Shown here in pieces: positions 38,377 to 49,202 of a stretch of DNA of 64,000 bases. Source of the stretch: Bacilli bacterium (GTDB lineage Bacteria; Bacillota_I; Bacilli_A; RF39; UBA660); assembly GCA_017416535.1 (NCBI GenBank), contig JAFQCG010000003.1, positions 132,911 through 196,910 of the forward strand, read 5' to 3'. The notes below the pieces were generated by a model that saw nothing but the letters and a program-made list of their open reading frames with translations, searched no databases and was not told where the DNA came from. Every line of letters begins with the position of its first letter. The first letter of the stretch is position 1. Position numbers and translations under genes: made by a program.

Positions 38377-39069
38377 ATGCCAAAAATTACAAAAGAAGAA
38401 TATGCTCGTAGAGCCTTAAAATTTGTGGAAGCACACAAAGAAAGCTATACACAAAGAGAATATGAGTATATTCGTGGAAATATCACTTGGGGAATGGATA
38501 AACTGTTTGTATCTGATTTATTAAGACAAGTATATGATGAAGCTGGAATTACAGATCCAAAAACAAATATGTACGAAGGATTTGTAAAATTATTAGAAGA
38601 AAACTTTGACATAGAAAGAGATATTATTGAAATAGGTGGAGGTGTTGTTCCTTCTCTCGCAAAAAAAATAGCTCTACGTCAAAAAAAAGGAACTATTACA
38701 GTTTACGATCCAAGATTAATAACAGATATAAATCACCCAGATAATTTAATTCTAAAAAAAGAAAAATTTAACAAAGATACACCAATAGGTAATGCTCAAA
38801 TGATTATTGGTTTTATGCCTTGTGAAGCAACTAATCTACTTATTGAAACAGCATGTGCTAATAATGTTGATTTCATGATAGCATTATGTGAAGGTGGAAC
38901 ACGAGAAGGTTATGGTTGGTTAGAAGAAGATGATGAATGGATAGGTTTTGTAAAATACTGTGCAAGTCGTGGTATAGAAGATGCAAATCTAGGTACGTTA
39001 GAAGAAAGATCTTTAGAACAATATGATAATCCATATCCAGTTATATACAATAAACGAAGAAAATCTTAA
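38377..39069 (+). CDS. hypothetical protein
   Basis: 230 aa, RBS aaggaaaggag; no recognisable domain. Confidence 0.4.
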   Translation: MPKITKEEYARRALKFVEAHKESYTQREYEYIRGNITWGMDKLFVSDLLRQVYDEAGITDPKTNMYEGFVKLLEENFDIERDIIEIGGGVVPSLAKKIALRQKKGTITVYDPRLITDINHPDNLILKKEKFNKDTPIGNAQMIIGFMPCEATNLLIETACANNVDFMIALCEGGTREGYGWLEEDDEWIGFVKYCASRGIEDANLGTLEERSLEQYDNPYPVIYNKRRKS

Positions 39070-39148
39070 TTATTTAAGATTTTTTTGTTTTCTATAAAAA
39101 AGTTATGTTATAATAAACTTAAGATAGAATAATATGAGGTGAAGCAAT

Positions 39149-39958
39149 ATGAAGAGTCCTGAATTTTTAAGTTCAAAAGGAGTAGACTTACAAAAGAGTT
39201 TAGAACTATTTGGAAATATAGAAACATATAATGATACAGTTGGAGAGTTTATTGTAGGAACTGCAGGTAAAGCAAATAAGTTAAAAGAATATATGACTGC
39301 AAAGGATTTAACTAACTATGCAATATATGTTCATTCATTAAAAAGTGATGCAAAGTATTTTGGATTTACCAAACTATCAGAAAAAGCATACGAACATGAA
39401 ATGAAGAGTAAAGCAGGAGACTTATATTATATATATGAAAACTTTAATGATTTAGTAGCTGCTGTAAACGAAACTATTGCAATTGTTAAAGAATATTTAT
39501 CAGATGCTCCTGAACAACCAGCAGAAAAACCTGCAGAAGTTGTTCCAGAAGAAGAAACTGATGCTTATACAGAAAAAACAATCTTAGTAGTAGATGACTC
39601 AAATATTATTAGAAACTTTACTAAAAGAATCTTTGATGGTAAATATGGAGTAGGTACTGCTAAAAATGGTCAAGAAGCAATTGATATAATTAATGCTAAT
39701 AAAGATAATGAAAATATAATTGCTATTCTACTAGATTTAAATATGCCTAAAGTAGATGGATTTGCAGTATTAAAATATATGGAAGAAAATGATTTCTTTG
39801 AACAAATACCAGTATCAATTATTTCAGGAGATTCATCAAAAGAAACAATTGATAAAGCATATCAATATCCAATTGTTGATATGTTAGGAAAACCGTTCAA
39901 TGAAAACGATGTAAAAAGAGTAGTAGAAAAAACTATTATGTATAAGGAATTATCATAA
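39149..39958 (+). CDS. Hpt-domain / response-regulator receiver fusion protein (phosphorelay component with no output domain)
   Basis: Hpt: YVHSLKSDAKYFGF with the phospho-His. Pro/Glu linker. REC: ILVVDDSNIIRN ... LLDLNMPKVDG ... K. Confidence 0.6.
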   Translation: MKSPEFLSSKGVDLQKSLELFGNIETYNDTVGEFIVGTAGKANKLKEYMTAKDLTNYAIYVHSLKSDAKYFGFTKLSEKAYEHEMKSKAGDLYYIYENFNDLVAAVNETIAIVKEYLSDAPEQPAEKPAEVVPEEETDAYTEKTILVVDDSNIIRNFTKRIFDGKYGVGTAKNGQEAIDIINANKDNENIIAILLDLNMPKVDGFAVLKYMEENDFFEQIPVSIISGDSSKETIDKAYQYPIVDMLGKPFNENDVKRVVEKTIMYKELS

Positions 39959-39960
39959 TA

Positions 39961-39988
39961 AAAGAGACTGATTATTCAGTCTCTTTTT
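39961..39988. terminator. bidirectional Rho-independent terminator
   Basis: aaagagactgattattcagtctcttt plus T-run; serves convergent genes. Confidence 0.6.
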
Positions 39989-40361
39989 TACTTTTCTTTT
40001 TATTTTTTAATTCTTCGCGTCTTTCTTCGTCTTCTTTTTCAACTACAAGTTTTAATGTATCTCCAACTTTTAAATCTTTAACAGTTTCTCTAGGTACAAA
40101 ATATATATTAGAAACATTCTTTTTTCTTCTAACTTTCTTTTCAGTTCCAAGACATTCAATTAAATATAAAATCTTTTCATCGCTATCAGTAAGAATAACA
40201 TCTATCTTTTCAAATAAGAAATTAGTATTTGCAGACTTTTTATTTGGAAATCTAACTCCATATGTTAATGGACCAAGAACAAATTTAAGTCCTTTTAATC
40301 TTTCCCAAAATGTATTTGCTTCTACTAATTTAACTTTTCTATTTTTAACTTTTATATACAT
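39972..40361 (-). CDS. DUF192 domain protein
   Basis: 129 aa. ANTFWERLKGLKF ... matches the DUF192 (COG1430) N-terminal pattern. Lys/Glu-rich tail. Confidence 0.45.
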   Translation of the reverse strand: MYIKVKNRKVKLVEANTFWERLKGLKFVLGPLTYGVRFPNKKSANTNFLFEKIDVILTDSDEKILYLIECLGTEKKVRRKKNVSNIYFVPRETVKDLKVGDTLKLVVEKEDEERREELKNKKKSKKETE

Positions 40362-40454
40362 AAAATCACCACTTACAGATTATATTATAACATAAATTTC
40401 TTTTACAATTAATAAAAGTATGGTATCATAAAGAAGAAAAGAGGAGGTATTATT

Positions 40455-41177
40455 ATGAGTGGACATTCAAAATGGGCTACAATTCACAGAAAAAAAGGTT
40501 TATTAGATGCAGCGCGTGGTAAAGTATTCCAAAAACTTGCAAAAGAAATTATGGTTGCTGCAAAAGGTGGAAGTCCCGATCCACAGACTAATGCCGCATT
40601 AAGATTAGCAGTTGATAAGGCAAAAGCACAAAATATGCCAAAAGAAAATATTCAAAAAGCAATTGAAAAAGCAACAGGAACAACAGACGGAGCAAACTAT
40701 GAAAATGTACGTTATGAAGGTTATGGTCCAAATGGAGTTGCTTTCATGGTTGATTGCTTAACTGATAATAGAAATAGAACAGCATCACAAGTAAGAAGTT
40801 CATTTACTAAAGCTGGAGGTAACTTAGGAACAGATGGTTCAGTAAGTTATATGTTTGAACGTCGTGGTTCAATTGTTATTCCAGGTGAATATGATGAAGA
40901 AGAAATGATGATGACTTCCCTTGATGCAGGAGCATTAGATTTCGAAGCAGTAGATAATACATATATAATTACAACTGCTCAAGATACTTTTACAGCAGTA
41001 AAAGAAGCATTAGAAAATGCTAATGTAAAAGAATTCCTAGAATGTGAATTAACATATATTCCAAATATGGAAGTAGAACTAGATGAAGAATCAAGTGAAA
41101 AAGTACATAACTTAGTTGAAACACTTGAAGACTTAGATGATGTACAAGATGTATATTATAATTTAAAAGAAGATTAA
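40455..41177 (+). CDS. YebC/PmpR family DNA-binding transcriptional regulator
   Basis: MSGHSKWATIHRKKG ... canonical YebC N-terminus, 240 aa. Confidence 0.9.
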   Translation: MSGHSKWATIHRKKGLLDAARGKVFQKLAKEIMVAAKGGSPDPQTNAALRLAVDKAKAQNMPKENIQKAIEKATGTTDGANYENVRYEGYGPNGVAFMVDCLTDNRNRTASQVRSSFTKAGGNLGTDGSVSYMFERRGSIVIPGEYDEEEMMMTSLDAGALDFEAVDNTYIITTAQDTFTAVKEALENANVKEFLECELTYIPNMEVELDEESSEKVHNLVETLEDLDDVQDVYYNLKED

Positions 41178-41187
41178 GAGGTATAAT

Positions 41188-41709
41188 ATGGCTAACTTAC
41201 GTCAAATAAATAATGAATTAAAAACATACATTAATGAAGCAACATTTATTTCAAATAAGTGTCGTAATAAATTACTAAAATATTTAGGTGAAACATTCAA
41301 CGTAGAGTTACCACTTGAGAATTTTGCTAAAATAGATGCTGAAATAACAGAAGAAGGAAATATCATAATGAGAGGTGATGAATATAAAACATCATCTCCA
41401 GTAAAAACAGAAGAAGAATTAGAAGAAAAATATAATGTATTTAAAGAAAAAGCAGAAATTCTTCTAAAGAAAAAAGAAGTAAATTATTACACAAAAAATA
41501 ATATAAATAATACATTAAATATATTTATAGTAATAGCACTTTCAATTATCTATGTAATAGTGTTAATCTTTGCAATAAGAGAAGTGTTAAGTCTAAATTT
41601 ATTTACTGCAAGTATATTATTTGCAATTCTTTCTTCAAGCTTAATTCCAAATATAAAAGCAAGATTTGAACAAGCAAAAAATTTCCTAAAGAGGAAATTT
41701 AAAAAATAG
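41188..41709 (+). CDS. hypothetical protein with C-terminal TM helices
   Basis: 173 aa, two C-terminal hydrophobic segments. Confidence 0.35.
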   Translation: MANLRQINNELKTYINEATFISNKCRNKLLKYLGETFNVELPLENFAKIDAEITEEGNIIMRGDEYKTSSPVKTEEELEEKYNVFKEKAEILLKKKEVNYYTKNNINNTLNIFIVIALSIIYVIVLIFAIREVLSLNLFTASILFAILSSSLIPNIKARFEQAKNFLKRKFKK

Positions 41710-41825
41710 TTTTATAACTATTTTTTTATTTGTTTATTTTGACAAACAAGTGTTCGTGTTGTATAATTAATATTAGTTTGAAAGTATATAATATTTAGTT
41801 TATAATGAATATGGAGTGATAATAA

Positions 41826-42389
41826 ATGTATGACTATATAAAAGGTACAATTACATGTTTAAAAAATAATGCAATCGTTTTAGATAATAATGGTATTGGA
41901 TATTTAATATATGTATCAAATCCATATTCTTTTGAAGTTGGAAAAGAATATAAGGTATTTGTATATCAAAAAATAGCTGAAGATGAAAATAGTTTATATG
42001 GTTTTAAGACAATAGAAGAAAAAGATTTATTCTTAAAATTAATTAGTGTAAAAGGTTTAGGTTGTAAAATGGCCTTACCAATCTTAGCAGTAGGATCAAT
42101 AAATGGAATAATGGATGCCATTGAAAGAGAAAATGTTTTATATCTAAAGAAATTCCCAAAGATAGGAGATAAACTTGCAAAACAAATAGTTTTAGACTTA
42201 AAAGGAAAACTTGAATTTATAGGTATCGGAATTTCTGAAGATGAAGTTAATACAGAAAATGAACTTAAAGAAGTATTAATTGGATTAGGATATAAAGAAA
42301 AAGAATTAAAACCAGTTTTAGCTAAAGTTGATACATCATTAGCAATAGAAGACCAAGTAAAAGATGCATTAAAATTATTATTAAGATAA
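41826..42389 (+). CDS. ruvA: Holliday junction branch migration protein RuvA
   Basis: MYDYIKGTI ... HhH motifs (GLGCKMA), upstream of ruvB. Confidence 0.85.
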   Translation: MYDYIKGTITCLKNNAIVLDNNGIGYLIYVSNPYSFEVGKEYKVFVYQKIAEDENSLYGFKTIEEKDLFLKLISVKGLGCKMALPILAVGSINGIMDAIERENVLYLKKFPKIGDKLAKQIVLDLKGKLEFIGIGISEDEVNTENELKEVLIGLGYKEKELKPVLAKVDTSLAIEDQVKDALKLLLR

Positions 42390-42406
42390 ATTAAGGAGGA
42401 CATATA

Positions 42407-43405
42407 ATGGAAAATGAAAGTGTTATAAAAACATACAATTTATTAGATGATAATACAATTGATAATACTATTCGTCCAGAAAGTATTGAAGAATATGTAG
42501 GACAAACAGACGTAAAAGAAAATATTAAAGTCTTTGTTGAAGCTGCTAAAATGCGTAATGAACCATTAGATCATGTTCTATTATACGGTCCACCAGGATT
42601 AGGTAAAACAACATTGGCCTTTATTATAGCAAATGAACTAGGTACACATATCAAAACAGCAAGCGGACCAAGTATTGAAAAAACCGGAGACTTAGCAGCA
42701 ATACTTTCATCCCTTGAACCAGGAGATGTATTATTTATTGATGAAATACATCGTATGCCAAGATATATTGAAGAAATTCTATATCCAGCTATGGAAGATT
42801 TTTCATTAGACATAATTGTAGGTAGTGAAGGAAATAGTAGAAACATTAAAATTGACTTACCTCCCTTTACACTAGTAGGAGCAACAACAAGAGCAGGAGA
42901 TTTATCTTCGCCACTAAGAGATCGTTTTGGAATAACTTCAAAATTACAATTTTATACAATTGAAGAGCTAAGAGATATTATAAAAAGAACAGCTAGAGTA
43001 CTAGATATTGAAATTGAAGATGATGCTGCAGTAGAACTTGCTAAAAGAAGTAGAGGCACACCAAGAATTGCAAACAGATTATTTAAAAGAGTTAGAGACT
43101 TTGCACAAGTTAAAGGAAATGGTATAATAAACATCGCAATTACTGAAGAAGCACTTAATCGTTTAAAAGTAGATAGTATTGGATTAGATAATACTGACCA
43201 TGATTTATTATTAGCAATCATTAATAAATTTAATGGAGGCCCAGTAGGTGTAGAAGCAATTGCCTCATCAATTGGAGAAGAAGTAACGACAATTGAAGAT
43301 GTATATGAACCATATTTATTACAAATGGGATTATTAAAAAGAACATCACGTGGTCGTATAGCAACAGATAAAGCATACGAAGTATTAGGAATAAACAAGA
43401 AATAA
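42407..43405 (+). CDS. ruvB: Holliday junction ATP-dependent DNA helicase RuvB
   Basis: Walker [12 protein letters not shown], Walker B LFIDEIHR, 332 aa. Confidence 0.9.
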   Translation: MENESVIKTYNLLDDNTIDNTIRPESIEEYVGQTDVKENIKVFVEAAKMRNEPLDHVLLYGPPGLGKTTLAFIIANELGTHIKTASGPSIEKTGDLAAILSSLEPGDVLFIDEIHRMPRYIEEILYPAMEDFSLDIIVGSEGNSRNIKIDLPPFTLVGATTRAGDLSSPLRDRFGITSKLQFYTIEELRDIIKRTARVLDIEIEDDAAVELAKRSRGTPRIANRLFKRVRDFAQVKGNGIINIAITEEALNRLKVDSIGLDNTDHDLLLAIINKFNGGPVGVEAIASSIGEEVTTIEDVYEPYLLQMGLLKRTSRGRIATDKAYEVLGINKK

Positions 43406-43409
43406 AAAG

Positions 43410-44015
43410 GTGATTAAAATGGGAAGGACAACCGCTAAAGCGTTTACTGAAGTTGAAACATTCGATGACTTTAAACAAGAAATTCAAAACAGTATTAATT
43501 ATTTAACTTCAGGATATTTTCACCCACAAGGTGCAGAACTATCAATTAAAAGTTTAAACGACATGGATGAAAAAACACAAAAGCAATTACTACGCTTTAT
43601 GCGTCATGTCGATAGAAAATTATCAACTGGAGGAGCTGCTAAAGGAAATAGATTTCATAAAATACCAACAGTAATGGCAGGATGTATTTATTTAACATAT
43701 TATAATGATCAAATAAAAGATTTATCTATGGATGAATTTATGTTATTGTCAAAATTCTCAATTGTAGAACCGCCAGAATTCTATCAAGGAGCAGTAGATT
43801 ATTTAGGGAAAGATTTATTAACTGCTGTTACAGAAAAACATTTTGATTACATGTTTCAAACAGGATTTTTAAACTTTGCCGAAGATAAGATTAGAAATGG
43901 TGAAGATAAAGATGACGTTGCAACATTTGTAAGAGAAACACCACTAGAGGAATTGTCACAACAAACATTTGAATATGAAAGAAATTTATTATTGGAAGTA
44001 GGAAAATATTTATGA
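43410..44015 (+). CDS. hypothetical protein
   Basis: 201 aa, lies between ruvB and queA (overlaps queA by 4 nt); no recognisable domain. Confidence 0.4.
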   Translation: MIKMGRTTAKAFTEVETFDDFKQEIQNSINYLTSGYFHPQGAELSIKSLNDMDEKTQKQLLRFMRHVDRKLSTGGAAKGNRFHKIPTVMAGCIYLTYYNDQIKDLSMDEFMLLSKFSIVEPPEFYQGAVDYLGKDLLTAVTEKHFDYMFQTGFLNFAEDKIRNGEDKDDVATFVRETPLEELSQQTFEYERNLLLEVGKYL

Positions 44016-45037
44016 AAGTAGAAGATTTTAATTATAACTTACCTGAAGAATTAATTGCTCAAACACCACTAGAAAAAAGAGATTCTTCTAGATTATTAGT
44101 ATTAGATAAACAAACAGGAGAAATAGAACACAAACATTTCACTGACATAATTAATTATCTAAATGAAGGAGATACATTAGTACTAAATGATACAAAAGTA
44201 CTACCTGCAAGACTAATTGGTGTTAAAGAAGAAACTAATGCTGTTATCGAAATTCTATTACTAAAAAATACAGAAGGAGATAACTGGGAATGTTTAGTTA
44301 AACCGGCAAGAAGAATAAAAGTAGGCACAATAGTAACATTTGGAGATGGCAAATTAAAAGCAGAATGTATTTCTGAAGGAGAAGATGGTATAAGACATTT
44401 TAAATTATTATACAAAGGAATCCTATTAGAAATATTAGAAGAATTAGGAACAATGCCACTTCCACCATATATACATGAAAAATTAGAAGATCAATCAAGA
44501 TACCAAACTGTTTATGCTAAAGAAGTAGGTAGTGCCGCTGCTCCGACAGCAGGATTACACTTTACTAAAGAATTATTAAAAGATATAGAAAATAAAGGTG
44601 TAAATATTGCTTATGTAACACTTCATGTAGGACTTGGTACATTTAGACCAGTAAGTGTAGATACAATTGAAGAACATGAAATGCATAGTGAATATTATTC
44701 AATGACAAAAGAAGTTGCAGAACTTTTAAATAAAACTAAAGAAAATGGAAAAAGAATTATCGCAGTAGGTACAACAAGTACAAGAACATTAGAAACAATT
44801 GCCTCAAAATATGATGGATTTAAAGAATGTAGTGGTTGGACAAATATTTTTATATACCCAGGGTATAAATTTAAAGCAATTGACTCACTATCAACAAACT
44901 TCCATTTACCAAAGTCAACTCTAGTAATGTTAGTATCAGCTTTAGCTGGAAGAGAAAATATACTTAACGCTTATAATGAAGCAGTAAAAGAAAAATATCG
45001 TTTCTTCTCCTTTGGAGATGCAATGTTTATTAAATAA
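44012..45037 (+). CDS. queA: S-adenosylmethionine:tRNA ribosyltransferase-isomerase
   Basis: [31 protein letters not shown] ... canonical QueA. Confidence 0.9.
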   Translation: MKVEDFNYNLPEELIAQTPLEKRDSSRLLVLDKQTGEIEHKHFTDIINYLNEGDTLVLNDTKVLPARLIGVKEETNAVIEILLLKNTEGDNWECLVKPARRIKVGTIVTFGDGKLKAECISEGEDGIRHFKLLYKGILLEILEELGTMPLPPYIHEKLEDQSRYQTVYAKEVGSAAAPTAGLHFTKELLKDIENKGVNIAYVTLHVGLGTFRPVSVDTIEEHEMHSEYYSMTKEVAELLNKTKENGKRIIAVGTTSTRTLETIASKYDGFKECSGWTNIFIYPGYKFKAIDSLSTNFHLPKSTLVMLVSALAGRENILNAYNEAVKEKYRFFSFGDAMFIK

Positions 45038-45142
45038 TATTTTATTTAAAAATAAATTATTTTAAAATAAAAATGATGAAGGAAACTTCATAAAAAAGGA
45101 TATATCTAATTTCGGTTAGGTACACTCCAAATATTTTTTGTA

Positions 45143-45178
45143 TGCACGCTAGCGAATTTGTTAGTGTGCTTTTTCTCT
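45143..45178 (+). terminator. probable intrinsic terminator
   Basis: gcacgcta-gcgaatttgt-tagtgtgc hairpin plus T5. Confidence 0.35.
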
Positions 45179-45265
45179 ATTTAAATAGTATTACAAATAC
45201 TAAAATAAACAGGAGGATAATTATTCTTGAAAAAGTATCTAAATTAAAGTATAATTATAACGTAA

Positions 45266-46417
<1,152 letters not shown>

Positions 46418-46430
46418 TTATTGTTCTTTT

Positions 46431-46709
46431 TTAAATATAAAAAATTGGTTTATTTTCAACATTGGCTTTTGTATTTGATATTTGAACATCATTAAAACTA
46501 GTATCAGGTTGTTTCATTACATCAGCAATTTTAAACATAGTCTTTGCATTTGTTAATATAGGTTTTACTTGATATACGATAGGAATAGCTTGATTAATAA
46601 TACCTAAAGTTTTTTGTGTACCATCTAAAAGATTACTCCAATTTATACCTTTTGCGGCACTTAAACTCTTACTAAATAAATTGGGTTTAACAAATTGATT
46701 TGGAAACAT
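46431..46709 (-). CDS. hypothetical small protein (92 aa)
   Basis: Only minus-strand ORF in a gap between + genes. RBS agaggtgg 3 nt before the ATG. No recognisable domain. Confidence 0.35.
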   Translation of the reverse strand: MFPNQFVKPNLFSKSLSAAKGINWSNLLDGTQKTLGIINQAIPIVYQVKPILTNAKTMFKIADVMKQPDTSFNDVQISNTKANVENKPIFYI

Positions 46710-46822
46710 AATCCACCTCTATAATAAATATATGTAAAAATAATAAAAAAGTTAATTTACTCATTTTCAAAAAAAAAATACTATGATACAATAAAATAGA
46801 ATAATAAGAGGAGGCTAGACAT

Positions 46823-48361
46823 ATGAAATTTATCTTGATGCCGTTTATAGCAGTTTACCATGTTGTCAGTGCAATTATGTCTGCTCCTGGAAAACTTTTA
46901 CAAAAAGCGGAGGATAAAGCCTTTGAATCCAAAGACAAAAAACAAAAACAAAAAGAAGAAAAAGAATTAGCAGCATTAAATGCATCTAATTCACAATTAG
47001 CTCAAACCAATGCATCAGTAGCAGTTGCTCAACCAGAACAATCACAAGCAGTAGCGGCACAACAGGAAGCGGCTGCAGGAGCAACAACAGAAGGTGACGT
47101 AAAACTAAGTGATATGGCTTCTCAAGATGAAGCACAAGCAAAGAAAGAACGTCCAATGAAATCATATCGTTATACGATATTAAACTCTTTTGGAAAAAAA
47201 GAAGTTGGAACATTTGATGCAGAAGAAGAACAAGACGTTAGAAATTATTTATTAGCACAAGATTATAAGATACTAGAAGTAAAAGAACGTAGTAAATATG
47301 ATATTGATTTAAATATTGGTAATAAGATTAGTGCAGAAGATTTAGCTTTCTCACTTACTCAATTATCAACTTATATTAAATCAGGTATCCCACTAGTAGA
47401 TGGTGTTAAAATCCTTGCAAAACAAACAAAGAAAGCAGTTCTAAAAAAGAGTTTTAACCAATTAGTATATGAATTACTACGAGGAGAAAGTTTCTCAAAT
47501 GCCATGATGGCTCAAGGAGAAGTATATCCAAAACTTTTAATAAACATGGTAAAAACAGCAGAAATGACTGGAGACTTACCATCAATACTAGATGACATGT
47601 CTGAATATTATACATCTATGGAAAGAACAAAAAAACAAATGAAATCAGCGATGACATATCCAATAGTTGTATTAACAATTGCCTTTGCGGTATTAATATT
47701 CATGTTAGTATACTTAGTTCCACAATTCTCTGGAATGTATGCCGATAATGATGCAACAATGCCAGCACTAACATTAGCTATTCTTGATATTAGTTCATTC
47801 ATTCAAACGAACTGGTTAATATTAATACTATGCGCAGTAGCATTAGTTGTAACATTTATGTATCTATTTAAACATGTTATAGGATTTAAAACTGCAGTAC
47901 AAACATTCCTAATGCACGTACCTGTAGTAAAAGATATTATCATCTATAATGAAATTGCAAACTTTACAAAAACATTTGCATCACTAATAAACCATGGTGT
48001 ATTCATTACAGATAGTATGGAAATCCTATCAAAAATTACAGACAATGAAATTTATAAGAAAATAATTAATAAAACATTAGTCAACCTAGGTAAAGGAGAT
48101 ACAATCTCTATGGCCTTTAAAGGTGAGTGGGCAATTCCAATTGTTGCTTATGAAATGTTAGTTACAGGTGAAACAACAGGTCAATTAGGATTAATGATGG
48201 AAAAAGTTGCAGACCACTTCCAAAATCTACACAAAAGTGTTATTGATCAAATGAAGAGTTTACTAGAACCAATTCTTATTTGTTTCTTAGCAGTAATAGT
48301 TGGTATTATCTTAATCTCTATCATTCAACCAATGTTTGGTATTTACCAATCAGTACAATAA
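46823..48361 (+). CDS. type II secretion/type IV pilus platform protein (GspF/PilC/ComGB-like) with a 111-aa N-terminal extension
   Basis: Duplicated GspF domains, three TM segments. The canonical N-terminus MKSYRYTIL begins at 47156, but the strong RBS (aagaggagg) serves the ATG at 46823. Confidence 0.75.
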   Translation: MKFILMPFIAVYHVVSAIMSAPGKLLQKAEDKAFESKDKKQKQKEEKELAALNASNSQLAQTNASVAVAQPEQSQAVAAQQEAAAGATTEGDVKLSDMASQDEAQAKKERPMKSYRYTILNSFGKKEVGTFDAEEEQDVRNYLLAQDYKILEVKERSKYDIDLNIGNKISAEDLAFSLTQLSTYIKSGIPLVDGVKILAKQTKKAVLKKSFNQLVYELLRGESFSNAMMAQGEVYPKLLINMVKTAEMTGDLPSILDDMSEYYTSMERTKKQMKSAMTYPIVVLTIAFAVLIFMLVYLVPQFSGMYADNDATMPALTLAILDISSFIQTNWLILILCAVALVVTFMYLFKHVIGFKTAVQTFLMHVPVVKDIIIYNEIANFTKTFASLINHGVFITDSMEILSKITDNEIYKKIINKTLVNLGKGDTISMAFKGEWAIPIVAYEMLVTGETTGQLGLMMEKVADHFQNLHKSVIDQMKSLLEPILICFLAVIVGIILISIIQPMFGIYQSVQ

Positions 48362-48380
48362 GAATATAAGGAGGATAATT

Positions 48381-49148
48381 ATGAATATACTATATTTAAT
48401 TATCTTTTTTATTTTAGGATTACATATTGGATCATTTCTTACAGTAATTGGTCTACGTCTTCCTAAAAAAGAAAATTTTACAACAACAAGATCACATTGC
48501 GATTCCTGCGGTCATATATTAGGGGCAACAGAAATGATTCCAATTTTATCATATATACTTCAAAAAGGTCGTTGTCGTCATTGCGGAGCAAAAGTAGATG
48601 TATTATCAACATATGTAGAATTCTTTACAGGAGCACTATTCGCAGTTGCATTCTATGCTTTTGGATTCTCATATGAATTACTAATTGCCTTAGGCATTGT
48701 GTCATTACTTATGATTGTTGTAGTAAGTGATATAACATATTTAATAATACCAGATGAAGTATTAGCATTTTTCTCAGTATACTTCCTAATAATTCAAATA
48801 CTAAATTTAGGATTACTAGGTGCAGGAAAGCAACTTTTATCAGGTTTATTCCTATTTGGAGTAATGTATCTAATTATGATATTAGGTAATAAGATGTTGA
48901 AAAAAGAAAGTCTAGGTGGAGGAGATATAAAAATGATGTTTGTCTTCGGCTTAGTATTAGATCCACTACTTGGAGCCTTATCAATCTTTTTAGCAAGTGT
49001 AATTGCCTTACCAATTTCATTAATATTATTAAAACACCAAAGAGAAAGAGTTATTCCTTTTGGACCATTCCTACTAATTGCATTAACATTTATATATTTT
49101 GCTGGAATAACTACACCATTAGTTTTAAGTTGGTTACAAATAAAGTAA
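48381..49148 (+). CDS. prepilin peptidase (A24 family, PilD/ComC-like)
   Basis: Tetracysteine CDSCGH ... CRHCG, 8 TM segments. Start at 48381 after RBS aaggagg. Confidence 0.8.
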   Translation: MNILYLIIFFILGLHIGSFLTVIGLRLPKKENFTTTRSHCDSCGHILGATEMIPILSYILQKGRCRHCGAKVDVLSTYVEFFTGALFAVAFYAFGFSYELLIALGIVSLLMIVVVSDITYLIIPDEVLAFFSVYFLIIQILNLGLLGAGKQLLSGLFLFGVMYLIMILGNKMLKKESLGGGDIKMMFVFGLVLDPLLGALSIFLASVIALPISLILLKHQRERVIPFGPFLLIALTFIYFAGITTPLVLSWLQIK

Positions 49149-49149
49149 A

Positions 49150-49185
49150 AAGAAGGGTAAAAACCTTTCTTTTTTTTTCTAATTA
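49150..49185 (+). terminator. probable intrinsic terminator
   Basis: agaaggg-taaaaa-cctttct plus T9. Confidence 0.45.
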
Positions 49186-49202
49186 TTGTACTATATAAGC
49201 AG

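Noticed and set aside
41966-43487. Minus-strand ORFs antisense to ruvA/ruvB (41966..42403, 42571..42846, 42952..43398, 43230..43487)
   Set aside because: These are shadow ORFs opposite highly conserved genes, with no RBS.
47156-47158. Internal Met as the true start of the GspF/PilC-like gene
   Set aside because: There is no Shine-Dalgarno sequence upstream of it, whereas the upstream ATG at 46823 has a strong aagaggagg RBS. The N-terminal extension was kept and flagged as a finding instead.
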